Positions 21,068 through 30,884 are shown, counted from the stretch's first letter. The stretch: DNA of 59,550 bases from Blastocatellia bacterium (GCA_044221525.1 JBGAPB010000004.1:1-59550), one strand, 5' to 3'. The notes: generated by a model from the sequence alone, not told the origin. Program-made: numbers and translations.

Positions 21068-21979
21068 TCAAGCCTTAACATCTGCCAACGCTTGTCGGTA
21101 AATTTTTTGGTATTCATTACGGCCAAGCGTGCGTGCCGGAGCGCACCACCAACCGTTCTGACTCAATTCGCTTTGCGCGTCGTTTCGCGCCTCGCTGCTG
21201 TCAAAGATCGCAAATATCGTCGAGCCGCTGCCCGACATCAAAACTCCACTTGCGCCTGCCTGCTTCAGCCTGTCTTTTATCTCGCTAAGCAGCCCGTGAC
21301 GAGCAAGAACTGGGGGTTCCAGGTCATTATGAAGTCGAATTTGCTCGTTTTGGGTTGTTACGGCAGCGTAAGCGGCCTCGAAAGAAGTCGGCATCTTAGT
21401 AATGGCTCTGGGGTTTGTCAACTCAGGCGGCAAAGCTCCGTAAACTTCGCGCGTCGGCACTAAAATTCCGGCATTCACCAACAGCAAATTGTCGGTTTTG
21501 ATGTCAGCCAGCGGGTAAATTTCGTCTCCGCGTCCCACTCCCAGACAGGTTCCGCCGACGAAAAAGAACGGCACATCGGCTCCAAGCCTGGCTCCAAGCG
21601 GAAACAAATCGCGCGGCTCAAGCTCTTTTTGCCAAAGTTTCTGCAAAGCCAGAAAAGTCACCGCCGCGTTGCCGCTGCCTCCACCCAACCCGGCGGCAGT
21701 CGGAATCCGTTTATTGATCGTTATCCGAATTCCTTTGCTGATTCCGGTGAAGTTGGCAAACAACATGGCCGCCCGATGAACCAGATTGGTTTCATCACAA
21801 GGCACGTCGGGATGATCGCAAACAACCTCAATTCCCTGATCCAGCAGCTCAAAGGTCAACTCATCTGCTACGCTGACCGTTTGCAGCAAGGTACGAAGTT
21901 CATGGTAACCGTCCTGGCGCTTACCCAGGATTTCCAGTGTCCAGTTGATCTTGGCAAATGATGGAAGTGTCAGTTGCAT
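21068..21979 (-). CDS. ispE: 4-diphosphocytidyl-2-C-methyl-D-erythritol kinase
   Basis: Blocks PSFAKINWTLEILGKRQDGYHEL and the GHMP motif AAGLGGGSGNAA. Confidence 0.9.
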   Translation of the reverse strand: MQLTLPSFAKINWTLEILGKRQDGYHELRTLLQTVSVADELTFELLDQGIEVVCDHPDVPCDETNLVHRAAMLFANFTGISKGIRITINKRIPTAAGLGGGSGNAAVTFLALQKLWQKELEPRDLFPLGARLGADVPFFFVGGTCLGVGRGDEIYPLADIKTDNLLLVNAGILVPTREVYGALPPELTNPRAITKMPTSFEAAYAAVTTQNEQIRLHNDLEPPVLARHGLLSEIKDRLKQAGASGVLMSGSGSTIFAIFDSSEARNDAQSELSQNGWWCAPARTLGRNEYQKIYRQALADVKA

Positions 21980-21990
21980 CGTGTTTCGAT

Positions 21991-23925
21991 TCAGGCAGCT
22001 TGTTCTGCAGCTACAGCTTCCAGCGCCACTTCCCAGCTTTTGTACAGTTCTGCGATACGGGCTTCCTGAGCCTGATATTTTTCGCTCATCTTGGACAACT
22101 TGTCTTTATCGCGAGCCACTTCTTCGGTTGAAAGCAGTGAGGCGAGTTCTTGCAGTTCGGCTTCAGCAGCGTGAAGTTCAGCTTCTATCTCAGCGGGGTT
22201 CGGAGCTTTCTGACGAGATTTGTTCGTCTTGTTTTGCTTTGGAGTCTCGGCTTTGCGAACTGCGCGCTCGGCTCTCTGCGCCTCGATTTCCGCAGCCTGC
22301 TGTTCGGCCAGAGTGCGGTGATGAGCTTCGTAAAATTCGCTATACCCGCCGTCGAAGTATTCAACGCCGTTGTCGGTAAAGGCCAGAATTTTGGTGGCAA
22401 TTCGGTCAAGAAAGTAACGGTCGTGCGAAACGGTCACGATCGTTCCGTCAAACTCATTCAGGGCAGCCTCCAGGGCTTCGCACGAAGCGATGTCCAGATG
22501 GTTGGTCGGTTCATCAAGCACCAACACATTGACACGGGAGTAAATCAACTTGGCCAGCGCCAGCCGTCCTTTTTCTCCACCTGAAAGCGCCGAAACAGGT
22601 TTGAACACGTCGTCGCCTGAAAACAAAAACCTGCCCAAAAAACCGCGCAACTCGCCATCGGTAATCGCAGAAGAAGCGATGGTTCTCAACTCCTCCATCA
22701 CAGTATTGCGGTCGTCTACCGTCAGCAATCTTTGGTCGTAATAACCCGGATTGACGCCGGTTCCCCAGCGCATTTCACCGTCAATGGGCTGCTGCTCTCC
22801 CAGAAGCGTTCGCAGCAAAGTCGTCTTGCCTGTGCCGTTGCCGCCGATGATTCCCAGACATTCGCCCCTTCGCAAAGTCAGATTTATGTCGCCGGCCAGA
22901 ACCTTGTCAGTGCGGTCAGGCAGACGGAAACCAATCGCCAGTTCATCCAGAACCAAAACCTGATCGCCGGTGCGCGCAGTCGGTTTCAGCTTGAAGCTGG
23001 CTGTGTCCAGATCGGCGACGCTTTCCAGACGCTCGACTCTCTGAAGCAGGGTGCGACGCGATTTGGCTTGTTTGGTTTTTTGCCCGGCCAGGTTGCGACG
23101 GATGAAATCCTCTGTCTTTTCAATCATTTCACGCTGCTGTTCGTAAGCGCGCTGCTGCAATTCACGGCGTTCGTCTCTTTCGACAACATATTGGCTGTAA
23201 TTTCCCTTGTAGCTTTCGACCCTTCCGAATTCCAGATCAAGAACTCTGTTGACTGTGTGATCCAGAAAGAATCGGTCGTGCGAAATAATCAGGTAAGCTG
23301 ATTTGTAGTTGGTCAGAAACTCTTCCAGCCATTCAACCGCGTCAACGTCCAGATGGTTCGTCGGTTCGTCCAGCAACAGAATATCCGGTTCCAGCAACAG
23401 GAGCTTGGCCAAACCCAACCGGTTCTTTTCTCCACCAGACAAAGTTTCGGCGCGCTTTACAAAATCATCTTTGCCGAAACCCAAACCCAGTAGCACGGCT
23501 TCGGTTCGAGCGTGATAGGTGAATCCGCCGTTGTGTTCATAATCGTGCTGAGCGTCGCTGTACTCGTGCATCGCGCTGTCGAGTTCATCGCCAGACGCTT
23601 CTGTCATAACGTGTTCAAGCTCGCGCATTCTGGTTTCCAGCGAAATCAGGTTTTGAAAAACCGAAAGCGCCGCATCCAGAATGGTTTCGGCGCCGGAAAA
23701 ATCCACATGCTGAGCCAGCACTCCGAACCGCAGGCCGCGCATTGAATCAAATTCGCCCTTGTCGGGAGTTTCGGCGCCGGTAATCAAGCGCAGAATGGTC
23801 GTTTTGCCCGCGCCGTTGCGGCCAACCAGAGCTACGTGTTCGCCGGGATTGATTTGGAACGTGACGCCGCGCAGCACTTCTTGCGCGCCGTAAGATTTGG
23901 TGACTTCAGAAAGACGGAAAAGCAT
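21991..23925 (-). CDS. ABC-F family ATPase (two ABC domains, no TM domain; Uup/YheS/EttA-like)
   Basis: Motifs GRNGAGKTT, LSGGEKNRLGLAKLL, GGNGTGKTT and LSGGEKGRLALAKL, with a coiled-coil C-terminal tail. The start is taken at MLFRLSEVTKSYG (ATG 23925). The ORF track extends to a GTG at 24000. Confidence 0.88.
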   Translation of the reverse strand: MLFRLSEVTKSYGAQEVLRGVTFQINPGEHVALVGRNGAGKTTILRLITGAETPDKGEFDSMRGLRFGVLAQHVDFSGAETILDAALSVFQNLISLETRMRELEHVMTEASGDELDSAMHEYSDAQHDYEHNGGFTYHARTEAVLLGLGFGKDDFVKRAETLSGGEKNRLGLAKLLLLEPDILLLDEPTNHLDVDAVEWLEEFLTNYKSAYLIISHDRFFLDHTVNRVLDLEFGRVESYKGNYSQYVVERDERRELQQRAYEQQREMIEKTEDFIRRNLAGQKTKQAKSRRTLLQRVERLESVADLDTASFKLKPTARTGDQVLVLDELAIGFRLPDRTDKVLAGDINLTLRRGECLGIIGGNGTGKTTLLRTLLGEQQPIDGEMRWGTGVNPGYYDQRLLTVDDRNTVMEELRTIASSAITDGELRGFLGRFLFSGDDVFKPVSALSGGEKGRLALAKLIYSRVNVLVLDEPTNHLDIASCEALEAALNEFDGTIVTVSHDRYFLDRIATKILAFTDNGVEYFDGGYSEFYEAHHRTLAEQQAAEIEAQRAERAVRKAETPKQNKTNKSRQKAPNPAEIEAELHAAEAELQELASLLSTEEVARDKDKLSKMSEKYQAQEARIAELYKSWEVALEAVAAEQAA

Positions 23926-24065
23926 TTCTTCGGCGAGGGAGAGACTGAGGGAAGGGGAGAAAGAGGGATAAAGAGAAGGCTTCAGATTACTGTTTGCCAC
24001 CGGGCAAACTCACTGACTCCGTCTCTCAGTCCCTCTGTCTCTCCATCCCTCAATCCGTCTTAACT

Positions 24066-25208
24066 CTATTTCTTCGGGCTTGCAGCCGCGGCTGGTTGCT
24101 GTGAAGCAGCCGGACTTGGTGAAGCTGAGGCCTTCGCCCCGGCTGACGGAGCCGGACGAAGCACGCCAAAGCTGTTTGGGTTTTCAAGCATTCGCTGAGC
24201 CAGGAAGTTTTCGATCTTGGCTTCGTCGCGGGCGCGAGCTTGCAAAGCGGCGTCGGCAATCTGTTTGCGCTGAGCCAAAATCGCGTCGGAAATTTCCTTG
24301 CGAACTTCATCCAGCGTGCGGTCGCGCGTTTCGGTCTGCTTGCCAGTGACTTTGAAAATGTGCCAGCGACCAGCCTGATCCTTGACCGGCTCTGTAACGT
24401 CGCCTTCCTGCATGCTCATAAACTTGTCGCCAATTGCTGCTGGAATTCCCATTGCTTGCGGCAGCCCCGCAAATTGTTCTTTGGCCAGGAATCCCAAATC
24501 TCCACTGTTCTTAAACGATTCGTGTTCTGAAAGCTGGCGGGCGATGGTGGCGAAATCCGAGCCGTTTTTCAGGCGAGTTTGAATTTCCTTGATGCGCTGT
24601 TCCGCAGCGGGTTCACCAACCGCGTCGAACTTGGTTCCGTTGGCCGCAGGATCAATGATGATGTCAGAAAGGTAAACACCTGGTTGCAGCGAAAATTGTT
24701 TCGGGTTTTCGTTGTAAACGTCGCTGACTTCCCTGTCCTGAACTTTCAACTGGGATCCCAGTTTTTCATAAAGCTTGCTGACCGCCAGTTGGCGTTTGGC
24801 CAAATCGCGGAACTGCTCTTCGGTCTGGTTTATCTCTTTAAGTTCGGCGGCAAAAGCTTCTTCGGTCAGACTGCGTTCCTGTTTGTAACGCTGAACGGCC
24901 TGACGAACTTCGTCATCAGTTGGGCTGATGCCGTCTTTTTCGGCGCGCTGGTAAAGAACTTCGTTGTTGATCATCGTATCCAGCGCCTGCAGCCTGTAAC
25001 CGGCCTGCGCCAGTTGTGAAAGCTGGGCTTCCTGTCCACGAAACTGCTGGGCAATGACGCTGTCCAGGTCTTTAATCAGAATCTTTTTTCCGTTGACGGT
25101 TGCGGCTACGTCATCCCCGCCCCCGCTGCCGCTACCGCCGCTGTTGCCGCAACCGGCGACCGCAACAGCCAAGGCAAACAATAGTGAATGCAACAAGATT
25201 TTTCGCAC
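24066..25208 (-). CDS. SurA/PpiD-like peptidyl-prolyl isomerase lipoprotein (parvulin domain)
   Basis: Lipobox LAVAVAGCG. The parvulin block is FATIARQLSEHESFKNSGDLGF...WHIFKV, with a low-complexity Ala/Ser/Pro tail. Confidence 0.8.
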   Translation of the reverse strand: MRKILLHSLLFALAVAVAGCGNSGGSGSGGGDDVAATVNGKKILIKDLDSVIAQQFRGQEAQLSQLAQAGYRLQALDTMINNEVLYQRAEKDGISPTDDEVRQAVQRYKQERSLTEEAFAAELKEINQTEEQFRDLAKRQLAVSKLYEKLGSQLKVQDREVSDVYNENPKQFSLQPGVYLSDIIIDPAANGTKFDAVGEPAAEQRIKEIQTRLKNGSDFATIARQLSEHESFKNSGDLGFLAKEQFAGLPQAMGIPAAIGDKFMSMQEGDVTEPVKDQAGRWHIFKVTGKQTETRDRTLDEVRKEISDAILAQRKQIADAALQARARDEAKIENFLAQRMLENPNSFGVLRPAPSAGAKASASPSPAASQQPAAAASPKK

Positions 25209-25328
25209 TGTAAGTTAGCTCCTAGTTTTTTTAGCCCACGAAGTCACACGAAGAAACACGAAGAATGTGCATACAATTGCTTCGCGAGCCTTCTTGTATC
25301 TTTGCGGAAGGGAATTTCTTTTCTTTGG

Positions 25329-25703
25329 CTAAGCCAAAGCCACGACTTCGATCTCAACCTTCACGTCACGCGGCAACCTGGCAGCCTGGACGGTCGAACG
25401 CGCGGGACGAGTCGCGCCGAAAAAGGTCGAGTAAACTTCGTTCATCACTGCAAAATCATTCATGTCAAACAGAAAGACCGTAGTTTTGACGACCCGATCA
25501 AGCGAAGAACCCGCGGCTTCCAGCACGGCCTGAACATTGTTCAACACGCGCTCGGTTTGAACGCGAATATCGCCTTCAACCAATTGCCCTGTCGCCGGAT
25601 CAAGCGGAATCTGCCCGGAAGCGAAGATAAAGCCATTGGCCTTAATTGCCTGCGAATAAGGACCTATCGCCTGCGGGGCGCGGTCGGTCTGGACACTTTC
25701 CAT
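25329..25703 (-). CDS. ridA: RidA/YjgF/UK114 family reactive-intermediate deaminase
   Basis: N-terminus MESVQTDRAPQAIGPYSQAI from the ATG at 25703. The upstream extension in the ORF track has no homology-like features. Confidence 0.85.
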   Translation of the reverse strand: MESVQTDRAPQAIGPYSQAIKANGFIFASGQIPLDPATGQLVEGDIRVQTERVLNNVQAVLEAAGSSLDRVVKTTVFLFDMNDFAVMNEVYSTFFGATRPARSTVQAARLPRDVKVEIEVVALA

Positions 25704-26194
25704 CTGTGTTTTCCTGTGATGATTTGGATTTGGTCGCAAATGACGGCGGATTGTAATCGAAAAGGCCGGTTTGGTGAAGCGGCGTCCAAAACTCTTTTTT
25801 AGCAAGACGGATCGCGAAATTGTGAAGCGGCTTGAAATAGATCGCCACATTCATTATTAGACGGCCTACTGACAGACCAACATCAGACGAAGGATCAAAT
25901 GGCACCTGAGAAGACGGTACCTGGCTTTCCAAACGACGCTTTCAGGAAGCAGTATGCGTTAATTGTCCGCAGCCAGACTGCCAAAGAAGGCAACCTTGCG
26001 ATGGCACTTATTAAATTTCAAAAGCGCAACATGGCGGTCGCCTTCTCCAACGATCGGCTACGGAAACAAGGTCATTCTCATAAGTCCAAGTGAAAACAGA
26101 TCATAAGGCGGCCCGGATAATCTGTTCGGCATACTGGTAAATCAACTGGCCGAAAAATTTCAGCAATCACCTAACAGCTTATCGGTCGAATTTC

Positions 26195-27055
26195 CTATGG
26201 TTTTCTTCTCCTGACAGGAGCCTTTTCCGGAGTAGGCGGCGGGGCCAAAGCTTCGGGTGCAATCTGTTGCAACTGTTGAGTCGCCAGAGTCGCTTCGTTG
26301 CTCTTTTCGTAACCTTTGACGATCACCAAAAACTGGGCAACAGCTTCTTCTTTCTTGCCTTGCTCAAGCAAAATAGTCGCGCGTTTGTATAAAGCCAAAG
26401 CCGCTTTATCACCCGCCGGATTTATCTGAGCGACCTTTTCAAGCTCAACCAAAGCCTCAGCGGTTTTCCTTTGCGCCAAAAAAATCTCTGCAATCCAGTA
26501 CTGAGCATTGTCTGCCAATTCAGAGCTTGGGAAAGTTTCGACGTATTGCCTGAATTCCGACAGTGCCAGGTCGAAGTTACCGCGCGAGTAATCGCTGTAA
26601 GCCGCTGCAAACAACTGCTCCGCATTGCCCGGCGTCAGTTGAGTGAAGGTTGGCATTTTAGGAATGTCTTCGATAACTTTCTTCAACGATGCGAACTGCT
26701 CCGACAGACGCTCCATGCGCGAATTCGTAGCCGTGATGCGCTCGCCCATGGCCGAAATTTGCCCTGAAGTGTCAGTTGTGTTGGTCGAAATCGCCGATTG
26801 CGCGCGACGAACCGCCGCAATGTTATCGCCCATCTGAACGATCAAGGTATTCAACTGTCCCATGGTCTTGTTGAAAGTATCTTGCATTGACTGGGTTTGG
26901 CGCTGCACCAAAATCAACTCGGTCTTTAACTCTTCAAGTTGTGCCGCCATTCGGTCAATCTTTTCCCTTTGGTCTTTGCTCTGCGCTAAGGCTGTCAACG
27001 GCAAAGCAAGCACGATCAAACACAACAACAATCGAATCGTAAAACTTTTGTACAT
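26195..27055 (-). CDS. ybgF: Tol-Pal system protein YbgF/CpoB (coiled coil + TPR)
   Basis: It has a signal peptide, an N-terminal coiled coil and C-terminal TPR-like repeats. It is the last gene of the tol-pal cluster. Confidence 0.75.
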   Translation of the reverse strand: MYKSFTIRLLLCLIVLALPLTALAQSKDQREKIDRMAAQLEELKTELILVQRQTQSMQDTFNKTMGQLNTLIVQMGDNIAAVRRAQSAISTNTTDTSGQISAMGERITATNSRMERLSEQFASLKKVIEDIPKMPTFTQLTPGNAEQLFAAAYSDYSRGNFDLALSEFRQYVETFPSSELADNAQYWIAEIFLAQRKTAEALVELEKVAQINPAGDKAALALYKRATILLEQGKKEEAVAQFLVIVKGYEKSNEATLATQQLQQIAPEALAPPPTPEKAPVRRRKP

Positions 27056-27157
27056 AATTCACCTTCTCAAAAAAACGCTGAGGTCAGTGCCGACCAAACT
27101 GCCGTCAGCACTGACCTCAACCTACTGTCTACCGTCCACTGACTACTGCCTGCTTGC

Positions 27158-28150
27158 TTACGGCTTTTCGCCGCCACGCAAGTAAACGAAATCGGCGCGA
27201 CGATCATTCGCCCAGCCGCCGACGATTCCAGCCTGACCTTCGTCCCTGCCAGTCGCCTTTTCAGAACCGTAACTAACGGTTTCGATGCGGTTGGGGTCAA
27301 TGCCCAAACTGACCAGGAAATCTTTCACCGCGCGAGCGCGACGGTCGCCCAGTCCCAGATTGTATTCGGCAGTTCCGCGCGGATCGCAATTGCCTTCAAC
27401 TTTGAAAACGATGGTGCGATTGGTGTCGCGATTCAACCATTCCGCCAAAGTACGAAGCTTGGATTGCTCCGAATCTCTGATGTCGGCTTTGTCCAGGTCG
27501 AAGTAAATCGGCTTCATGATATTTGCGAACAGATCAGCAATCGGGCGAACAGTCGGTTTCGGATTCTCAGCAACTGTGCGCGGACGTTCGGCAATCGGCG
27601 GCGGCGGCGGATCGGTCACAGTTACGCGAACGCTGGCTGTGGCGTTTCCTCCATCGCCCAACGCAGTTGCCGTGTATGTTGTCGAAACACGCGGACTGAC
27701 TTCGCGTTCGCCGGAGCCGGAAACTTCACCGAGGCCGGAGATCGTGACGATTTTGGAATTTGTAGTTTCCCAATGCAGCTTGGTGTTTTGGCCGCGTTCG
27801 ATGGCGCTCTGGTCGGCGGTCAGCTTGACCGTCGGAGCCACAGCACGCTTGGTGTTAACGTTGACAGTTGCGCTTTCGCGGGCTTCTTTCTTGCCGCGCT
27901 TGGCTACAACTTCATATTTGGTAGTTTCAGTTGGAATTACGCTCTTGCCGCCGATCTTGTCCACCTTCTCGCCATTGAGAGTGACCTCTTTGGCGTTCTT
28001 GGTTTCCCATTTGACGGTGACGGGTTCACCCGAATTCACATCGTTACGCGACACAGTCAGCTTGGCCGTTGGCGGCGCGCAAGCCGAAAAGAATGTGGCG
28101 ATCCCAACCACTGCTGATAGCAAAGCTAGCTGACGAAATTTGCGAGTCAT
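27158..28150 (-). CDS. pal: Peptidoglycan-associated lipoprotein (Pal/OmpA_C) with two N-terminal Ig-like repeats
   Basis: Lipobox FFSAC. It has two roughly 90-aa repeats (KLTVSRNDVNSGEPVTVKWETKNAKEVTLNG... and KLTADQSAIERGQNTKLHWETTNSKIVTISG...). The OmpA_C block is VEGNCDPRGTAEYNLGLGDRRA. Confidence 0.85.
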   Translation of the reverse strand: MTRKFRQLALLSAVVGIATFFSACAPPTAKLTVSRNDVNSGEPVTVKWETKNAKEVTLNGEKVDKIGGKSVIPTETTKYEVVAKRGKKEARESATVNVNTKRAVAPTVKLTADQSAIERGQNTKLHWETTNSKIVTISGLGEVSGSGEREVSPRVSTTYTATALGDGGNATASVRVTVTDPPPPPIAERPRTVAENPKPTVRPIADLFANIMKPIYFDLDKADIRDSEQSKLRTLAEWLNRDTNRTIVFKVEGNCDPRGTAEYNLGLGDRRARAVKDFLVSLGIDPNRIETVSYGSEKATGRDEGQAGIVGGWANDRRADFVYLRGGEKP

Positions 28151-28210
28151 TTTGATTTTCTCTCCTTGTTGATTAACCGGTCACGACTGCTCCCGGCACT
28201 TTGTACATAA

Positions 28211-29497
28211 TTACTTCGACCAGGACGGCGACCGCCCGCCTGATCGGGTTAATTGTCGTGGTTCGCTGCCGTCAATATGCATCGCCCAAATCTCCCAACG
28301 GCCTGTGCGGTTCGATTGAAACGCAATGTGGCGGCTGTCAGGCGACCAGGTTGGATTTTCATTGCGACCCTCGCGCGTCAGCTTCAGCACCTGGCCCGAA
28401 GCCACATCGGCGACATAAATATGAAAGCCGCCTCCGCCTCCGTCCCAGGTGAAGGCGATGTAACGTCCATCAGGCGACCACGATGGCGAATCCATCTGCC
28501 CTCCAAGCGAAAGCAACGGACGTTCGCTCGTGCCGTCAGCGCCGATGATGTAAATCTGCGGCGAGCCGCCTCTGTCGGAAACGAAAGCAATCTCTCGCCC
28601 GGTTTTTGGATTCCAGCGAGGCGAGATATTCACGGAACGCCCGCGCGTGATTTTCTTCGCGCCGGATCCGTCTTCGTTGGCAACGAACAATTCCATCGAA
28701 TCGCCGTCTTTGCTGGAAGAAAAAACAAGCCGACCGTCTGGCGCAACCGACGGCGAAGTCGTAGTCCCTTTGAACTGAGTCGAACCGATTATCAAACCGT
28801 CTTCGCTGCGAATGACCACGTTCGGAAATCCGCTACGATAAGAAACATAAGCCAGCCGTTTGCCGTCAACCGACAGCGAAGGAAACAACGCAATCGAACC
28901 GTCGTGCGTAAATTGTCTGGCACCGTAACCGTCGTAATCCACCATGAAAACTTCGCGGTTGGCGATGTAGGCGATCTTTGATTGAGCTATGCCGTCCTGT
29001 CCGGTCAGCAGTTTGACGATCTGATCCGCAAACTGATGGGCCATTTCACGACCATTTCCGGCCAGACTGGCGGTCAATAATTGCGTTTGGGTTTTGACAT
29101 CGTAAAGAAAACCCTGAGCGCTGTCGGCTGCTGTAACATTACCGAAAGCGACGTAATCGGATTTTACCGGATCATTCGCCCATTCGTCATACTTCAGCGA
29201 AGCCGGATCGGCGAGTTTGGTTTTAGGGTACAGGCTTTTGCCAACCAGATTGGCGACGCCTGCAAACTTCAGATCGTTCCATAGCACTTCGTTGAAAGTC
29301 GCCGTCACCGCGTCAACGCCGGAAGCGCGCGATTGAAAATCAGCCACCGCCAGCGAAGGGCCTCCACCCGGCGTAACAATGATCGTTCCTATCTGTTTGC
29401 GAAGGTCTTCTTGCTGTTCTTGTTGAGCACTCATCTTGGGCAAGCTCAACAAAACAAAAGCAACGACAACCGACAAACTCCACAACACTCTTTTCAT
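28211..29497 (-). CDS. tolB: Tol-Pal system beta-propeller protein TolB
   Basis: Repeated blocks SPSWSPDGRYIAF and NPTWSPDSRHIAF. The signal peptide starts at MKRVLWSLSVVVAF, so the start is taken at 29497. Confidence 0.88.
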   Translation of the reverse strand: MKRVLWSLSVVVAFVLLSLPKMSAQQEQQEDLRKQIGTIIVTPGGGPSLAVADFQSRASGVDAVTATFNEVLWNDLKFAGVANLVGKSLYPKTKLADPASLKYDEWANDPVKSDYVAFGNVTAADSAQGFLYDVKTQTQLLTASLAGNGREMAHQFADQIVKLLTGQDGIAQSKIAYIANREVFMVDYDGYGARQFTHDGSIALFPSLSVDGKRLAYVSYRSGFPNVVIRSEDGLIIGSTQFKGTTTSPSVAPDGRLVFSSSKDGDSMELFVANEDGSGAKKITRGRSVNISPRWNPKTGREIAFVSDRGGSPQIYIIGADGTSERPLLSLGGQMDSPSWSPDGRYIAFTWDGGGGGFHIYVADVASGQVLKLTREGRNENPTWSPDSRHIAFQSNRTGRWEIWAMHIDGSEPRQLTRSGGRSPSWSK

Positions 29498-29510
29498 TAA
29501 TTCTCCTGCT

Positions 29511-30317
29511 TTACTTCGGATAGCGGAACCAGATTTCGGCAACCGCTTCCTGCGCGCCGAGCAAAAATCCATTCGGAAATGGCGGCAGCGGATTCGACGC
29601 AATCACTGCCCGCTCAGCGGCGAAATTAACCAAGTCATTTGAACTGCGCTTTTTGATGTAGCTTGGCGACAGTCGTCCACCAGCCAGAGACAGGATGCGT
29701 CCATCACGCGCGATTCGCAACTGAACAACAACGAACTGCGGGGTCGTATCGCTGCTGGCCGGTGGGGTGTAATTGCGGCTCAAGATCATCTGAATCCGCC
29801 GACCGTATTCCGAACCGCCAGGAACTCCGCTGGCGCCAAGATTTGCGCCCGAACCGACTCCGACGCCATTTGCCATCTGTGGAGTAGACGAACCTGACGA
29901 CCTTCCAATTTCAACGTTGGTGTTCGCCGAACCGCCGCGCAACGGAGTGGGCGAAACTATCTGCGAAGTCTGATTCGCAGTCGGACGATCCGTTTTCGCG
30001 GCATTTTCTTCAGCCCGCTTCTTCAAATCCGAAGGCAACACCTCAGCATTGGCGTCCGGCTTCTTTTCAGTGTCGACAATTTCGTTGTTCGCGGCATTTG
30101 GTTCATTGCCGACGAAAGAAACGTTGCGCGGCAAGGTGAACCCAAGCTGACCCGCTTCGATTGTGCCGACTTCAATCACGCCTTCGCCGCCCTGACCTTC
30201 GCCTGCGGCGATGATCGTAGTCGTCAACGGATTGCGAAAAAAACAGACCAACGCCATCAGCACGATGACATGCAGAGAGGCGGACAAAATAGTTCCAAAG
30301 CGTTGGTCGTGTTTCAC
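29511..30317 (-). CDS. TolA/TonB-family energy transducer (TM anchor, low-complexity linker, TonB_C-like domain)
   Basis: 268 aa with an N-terminal TM anchor (ILSASLHVIVLMALVCFF) and a Gly/Ser/Ala/Pro-rich linker. The C-terminal domain ends AVAEIWFRYPK. It lies between tolR and tolB. Confidence 0.75.
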   Translation of the reverse strand: MKHDQRFGTILSASLHVIVLMALVCFFRNPLTTTIIAAGEGQGGEGVIEVGTIEAGQLGFTLPRNVSFVGNEPNAANNEIVDTEKKPDANAEVLPSDLKKRAEENAAKTDRPTANQTSQIVSPTPLRGGSANTNVEIGRSSGSSTPQMANGVGVGSGANLGASGVPGGSEYGRRIQMILSRNYTPPASSDTTPQFVVVQLRIARDGRILSLAGGRLSPSYIKKRSSNDLVNFAAERAVIASNPLPPFPNGFLLGAQEAVAEIWFRYPK

Positions 30318-30327
30318 AGTAAATCAT

Positions 30328-30417
30328 GTTCGTAGTTCCGCCTTTAGGCGGCTGCGGCTGCGAAGCAGCCCTACCGCTCGTTCCGAGCTGCTGCCGCCTA
30401 AAGGCGGAACTACAAAC
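30328..30417. repeat. REP-like inverted-repeat doublet (GTAGTTCCGCCTTTAGGCGG type) in the tolR-tolA spacer
   Basis: The 25-nt arms gttcgtagttccgcctttaggcggc and gccgcctaaaggcggaactacaaac have 1 mismatch. Each arm carries its own mini-palindrome ccgcc-ttta-ggcgg. The spacer is 40 nt and GC-rich. The element starts 3 nt after the tolR stop. Confidence 0.75.
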
Positions 30418-30419
30418 GT

Positions 30420-30884
30420 TTATTTCGATGGTTTCGCCTGCGGCTCGGTCACCAGACTAACGTTGGCCTGAGCGCGTTTTGCCTGATCCAGCACGTAAGC
30501 GATCACTCGATAAGGCGTGTCGCCGTCTCCGCGCAGATAAACCCGGCGGTCTTTTGAATCCTTCAGCCGTTCGTTCAACACCTGCGGCAAGTCGTTGATG
30601 TTGATGACCTGACGTTCGTTTTTGCCGCTCAGATAAACCGAACCTTCCTTGTCCACCGAAAGAATCAAAGCCTGCGGTGTGGCTTCATTCGATTGAGCTT
30701 CGCGGGTCTTGGGTAGATTGACTTGAATGCCGGTCTGCAAAATCGGCGCAGTGACCATGAAGATCACCAGCAACACCAGCATGACGTCCACCAGCGGAGT
30801 GACGTTGATTTCAGCCAGCGCAGTTTGAGTTCTTCCGTTTCGATTCGTGAAGGCCATAAAACTATTGCTCAGCCTCTCGCTCAA
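30420..30884 (-). CDS. tolR: Biopolymer transport protein TolR/ExbD
   Basis: Block EINVTPLVDVMLVLLVIFMV. An alternative start is at 30857. Confidence 0.88.
   Translation of the reverse strand: MSERLSNSFMAFTNRNGRTQTALAEINVTPLVDVMLVLLVIFMVTAPILQTGIQVNLPKTREAQSNEATPQALILSVDKEGSVYLSGKNERQVININDLPQVLNERLKDSKDRRVYLRGDGDTPYRVIAYVLDQAKRAQANVSLVTEPQAKPSK

Noticed and set aside
23926-24000. N-terminal 25-aa extension of the ABC-F ORF from a GTG at 24000
   Set aside because: The extension is a low-complexity Ser/Pro/Leu stretch encoded by the CT-rich tract. ABC-F proteins normally begin right at the MLFRLSEVTKSYG-type strand. It is kept only as an alternative in the leader finding.
25704-26194. 490-nt gap between ridA and ybgF, inspected for an ncRNA, a small gene (ORF 25899-26093) or a sigma-54 site (TGGCAC at 25891 and 26002)
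   Set aside because: Neither TGGCAC has a spaced TTGC-like -12 element. The 64-aa ORF lacks an RBS and any motif. I could not recognise a known RNA fold by eye. The region is left unannotated rather than called.
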